A stretch of 52,164 nucleotides of DNA from Octopus bimaculoides (taxonomy: Eukaryota): positions 48,834,924-48,887,087 of the forward strand of contig NC_068995.1 of NCBI RefSeq assembly GCF_001194135.2. The letters run 5' to 3'. Made by a program: the position numbers and the translations under genes. This document shows, piece after piece, positions 51,467-52,164 of this stretch (the stretch's first letter is position 1; each line of letters opens with the position of its first letter). Below the pieces are notes generated by a model, which saw nothing but the letters and a program-made list of their open reading frames with translations, had not been told where the DNA came from and made no database searches.

Positions 51467-52164
51467 CAAGTATGTAATGGAGAAAAATTATGTGTAATAA
51501 CGGAACACAATGAACGTGTATAACTTCCTGTTCTTTTCAACCAATTGTGCAGAGATGACTTGAAGTTTCCTTTTCTCATTAAAACAACATCGAAAAACAT
51601 GTGGGGTGGCGGTATGAAGGAGGGGGGGAGAAAGGGAGAAAAAATCTTCGACATTTAGTTACGATGAAAGAGCTAGAAGAAGGCCACAGATGAAACGGGG
51701 AATATTGTATTTGACAGCTTACCCAAGGGGTTGGCGATTCGTATCTTAGCACTGCGGTTCATCAAAGTCAATTAGCTCTTTATGACACACTTCCTGTGAC
51801 AGCTATCTGATACCAAAGGCTTGTTATAGTTAGTACCAACGCTGAAAGCAGTGGGAGCAATGGAATTTTGACGAATGCCTGATTGATGCCAAACTGGTTT
51901 AGTGAAATCTGCCGATCAGCATAATTTGCAGTAAGTTTGTCCTTGTACTTGTTTTAGTTTTGTCGTTATCAATCCGTACCTGCTTTACTCAAAGAATAAA
52001 TAAAAAGACACATCGGAAGATTTTTGTCGAGCCAGAGCTTCCAACAGAATATAAGAAAAGTAGAACAAAGCAATTTTTATGTGCTATTGATAAGGATGTC
52101 TTGCAACCTGTCTTGCAAACATTTGTGCCGGATTTCTGGTTTGAAGGTATCTTTCATTCTCTAC

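Overview
Eukaryotic, AT-rich, largely non-coding DNA from a gappy draft assembly (17 N-gaps, about 6.7 kb in total, most abutting microsatellites). The SINE families and the density of (TA)n/(CA)n/(TATG)n/(AGAT)n/(AAT)n/(GAT)n arrays point to a coleoid cephalopod, probably Octopus; this is inferred from repeat content, not from a database hit. Almost every ORF in the supplied track is a translation of simple repeats or gaps. I can support four tRNA-headed SINE families, labelled A-D here, in dozens of full or partial copies. I can also support remnants of about four mariner (DD34D) lineages, three of them short derivatives that join a TIR to the last 21-33 codons of the transposase. One MITE carries a nested SINE with a clean 14-15 bp TSD. 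A few degraded retroelement-like fragments are weakly supported. One good candidate coding exon lies on the minus strand (50155-50298: branch point, AG, 144 nt open, GTAAGT donor), with weaker minus-strand candidates at 37275-37325 and 148-210, so the window may be mostly intronic sequence of a large minus-strand gene that I cannot name. There is no rRNA, genuine tRNA, CRISPR array or prokaryote-style operon. I found no clearly new biological system. The best leads are the cryptic minus-strand gene, a pre-miRNA-sized hairpin beside that exon, the recurrent mariner architecture, the microsatellite-seeding SINE, and close inverted SINE pairs that could form dsRNA.
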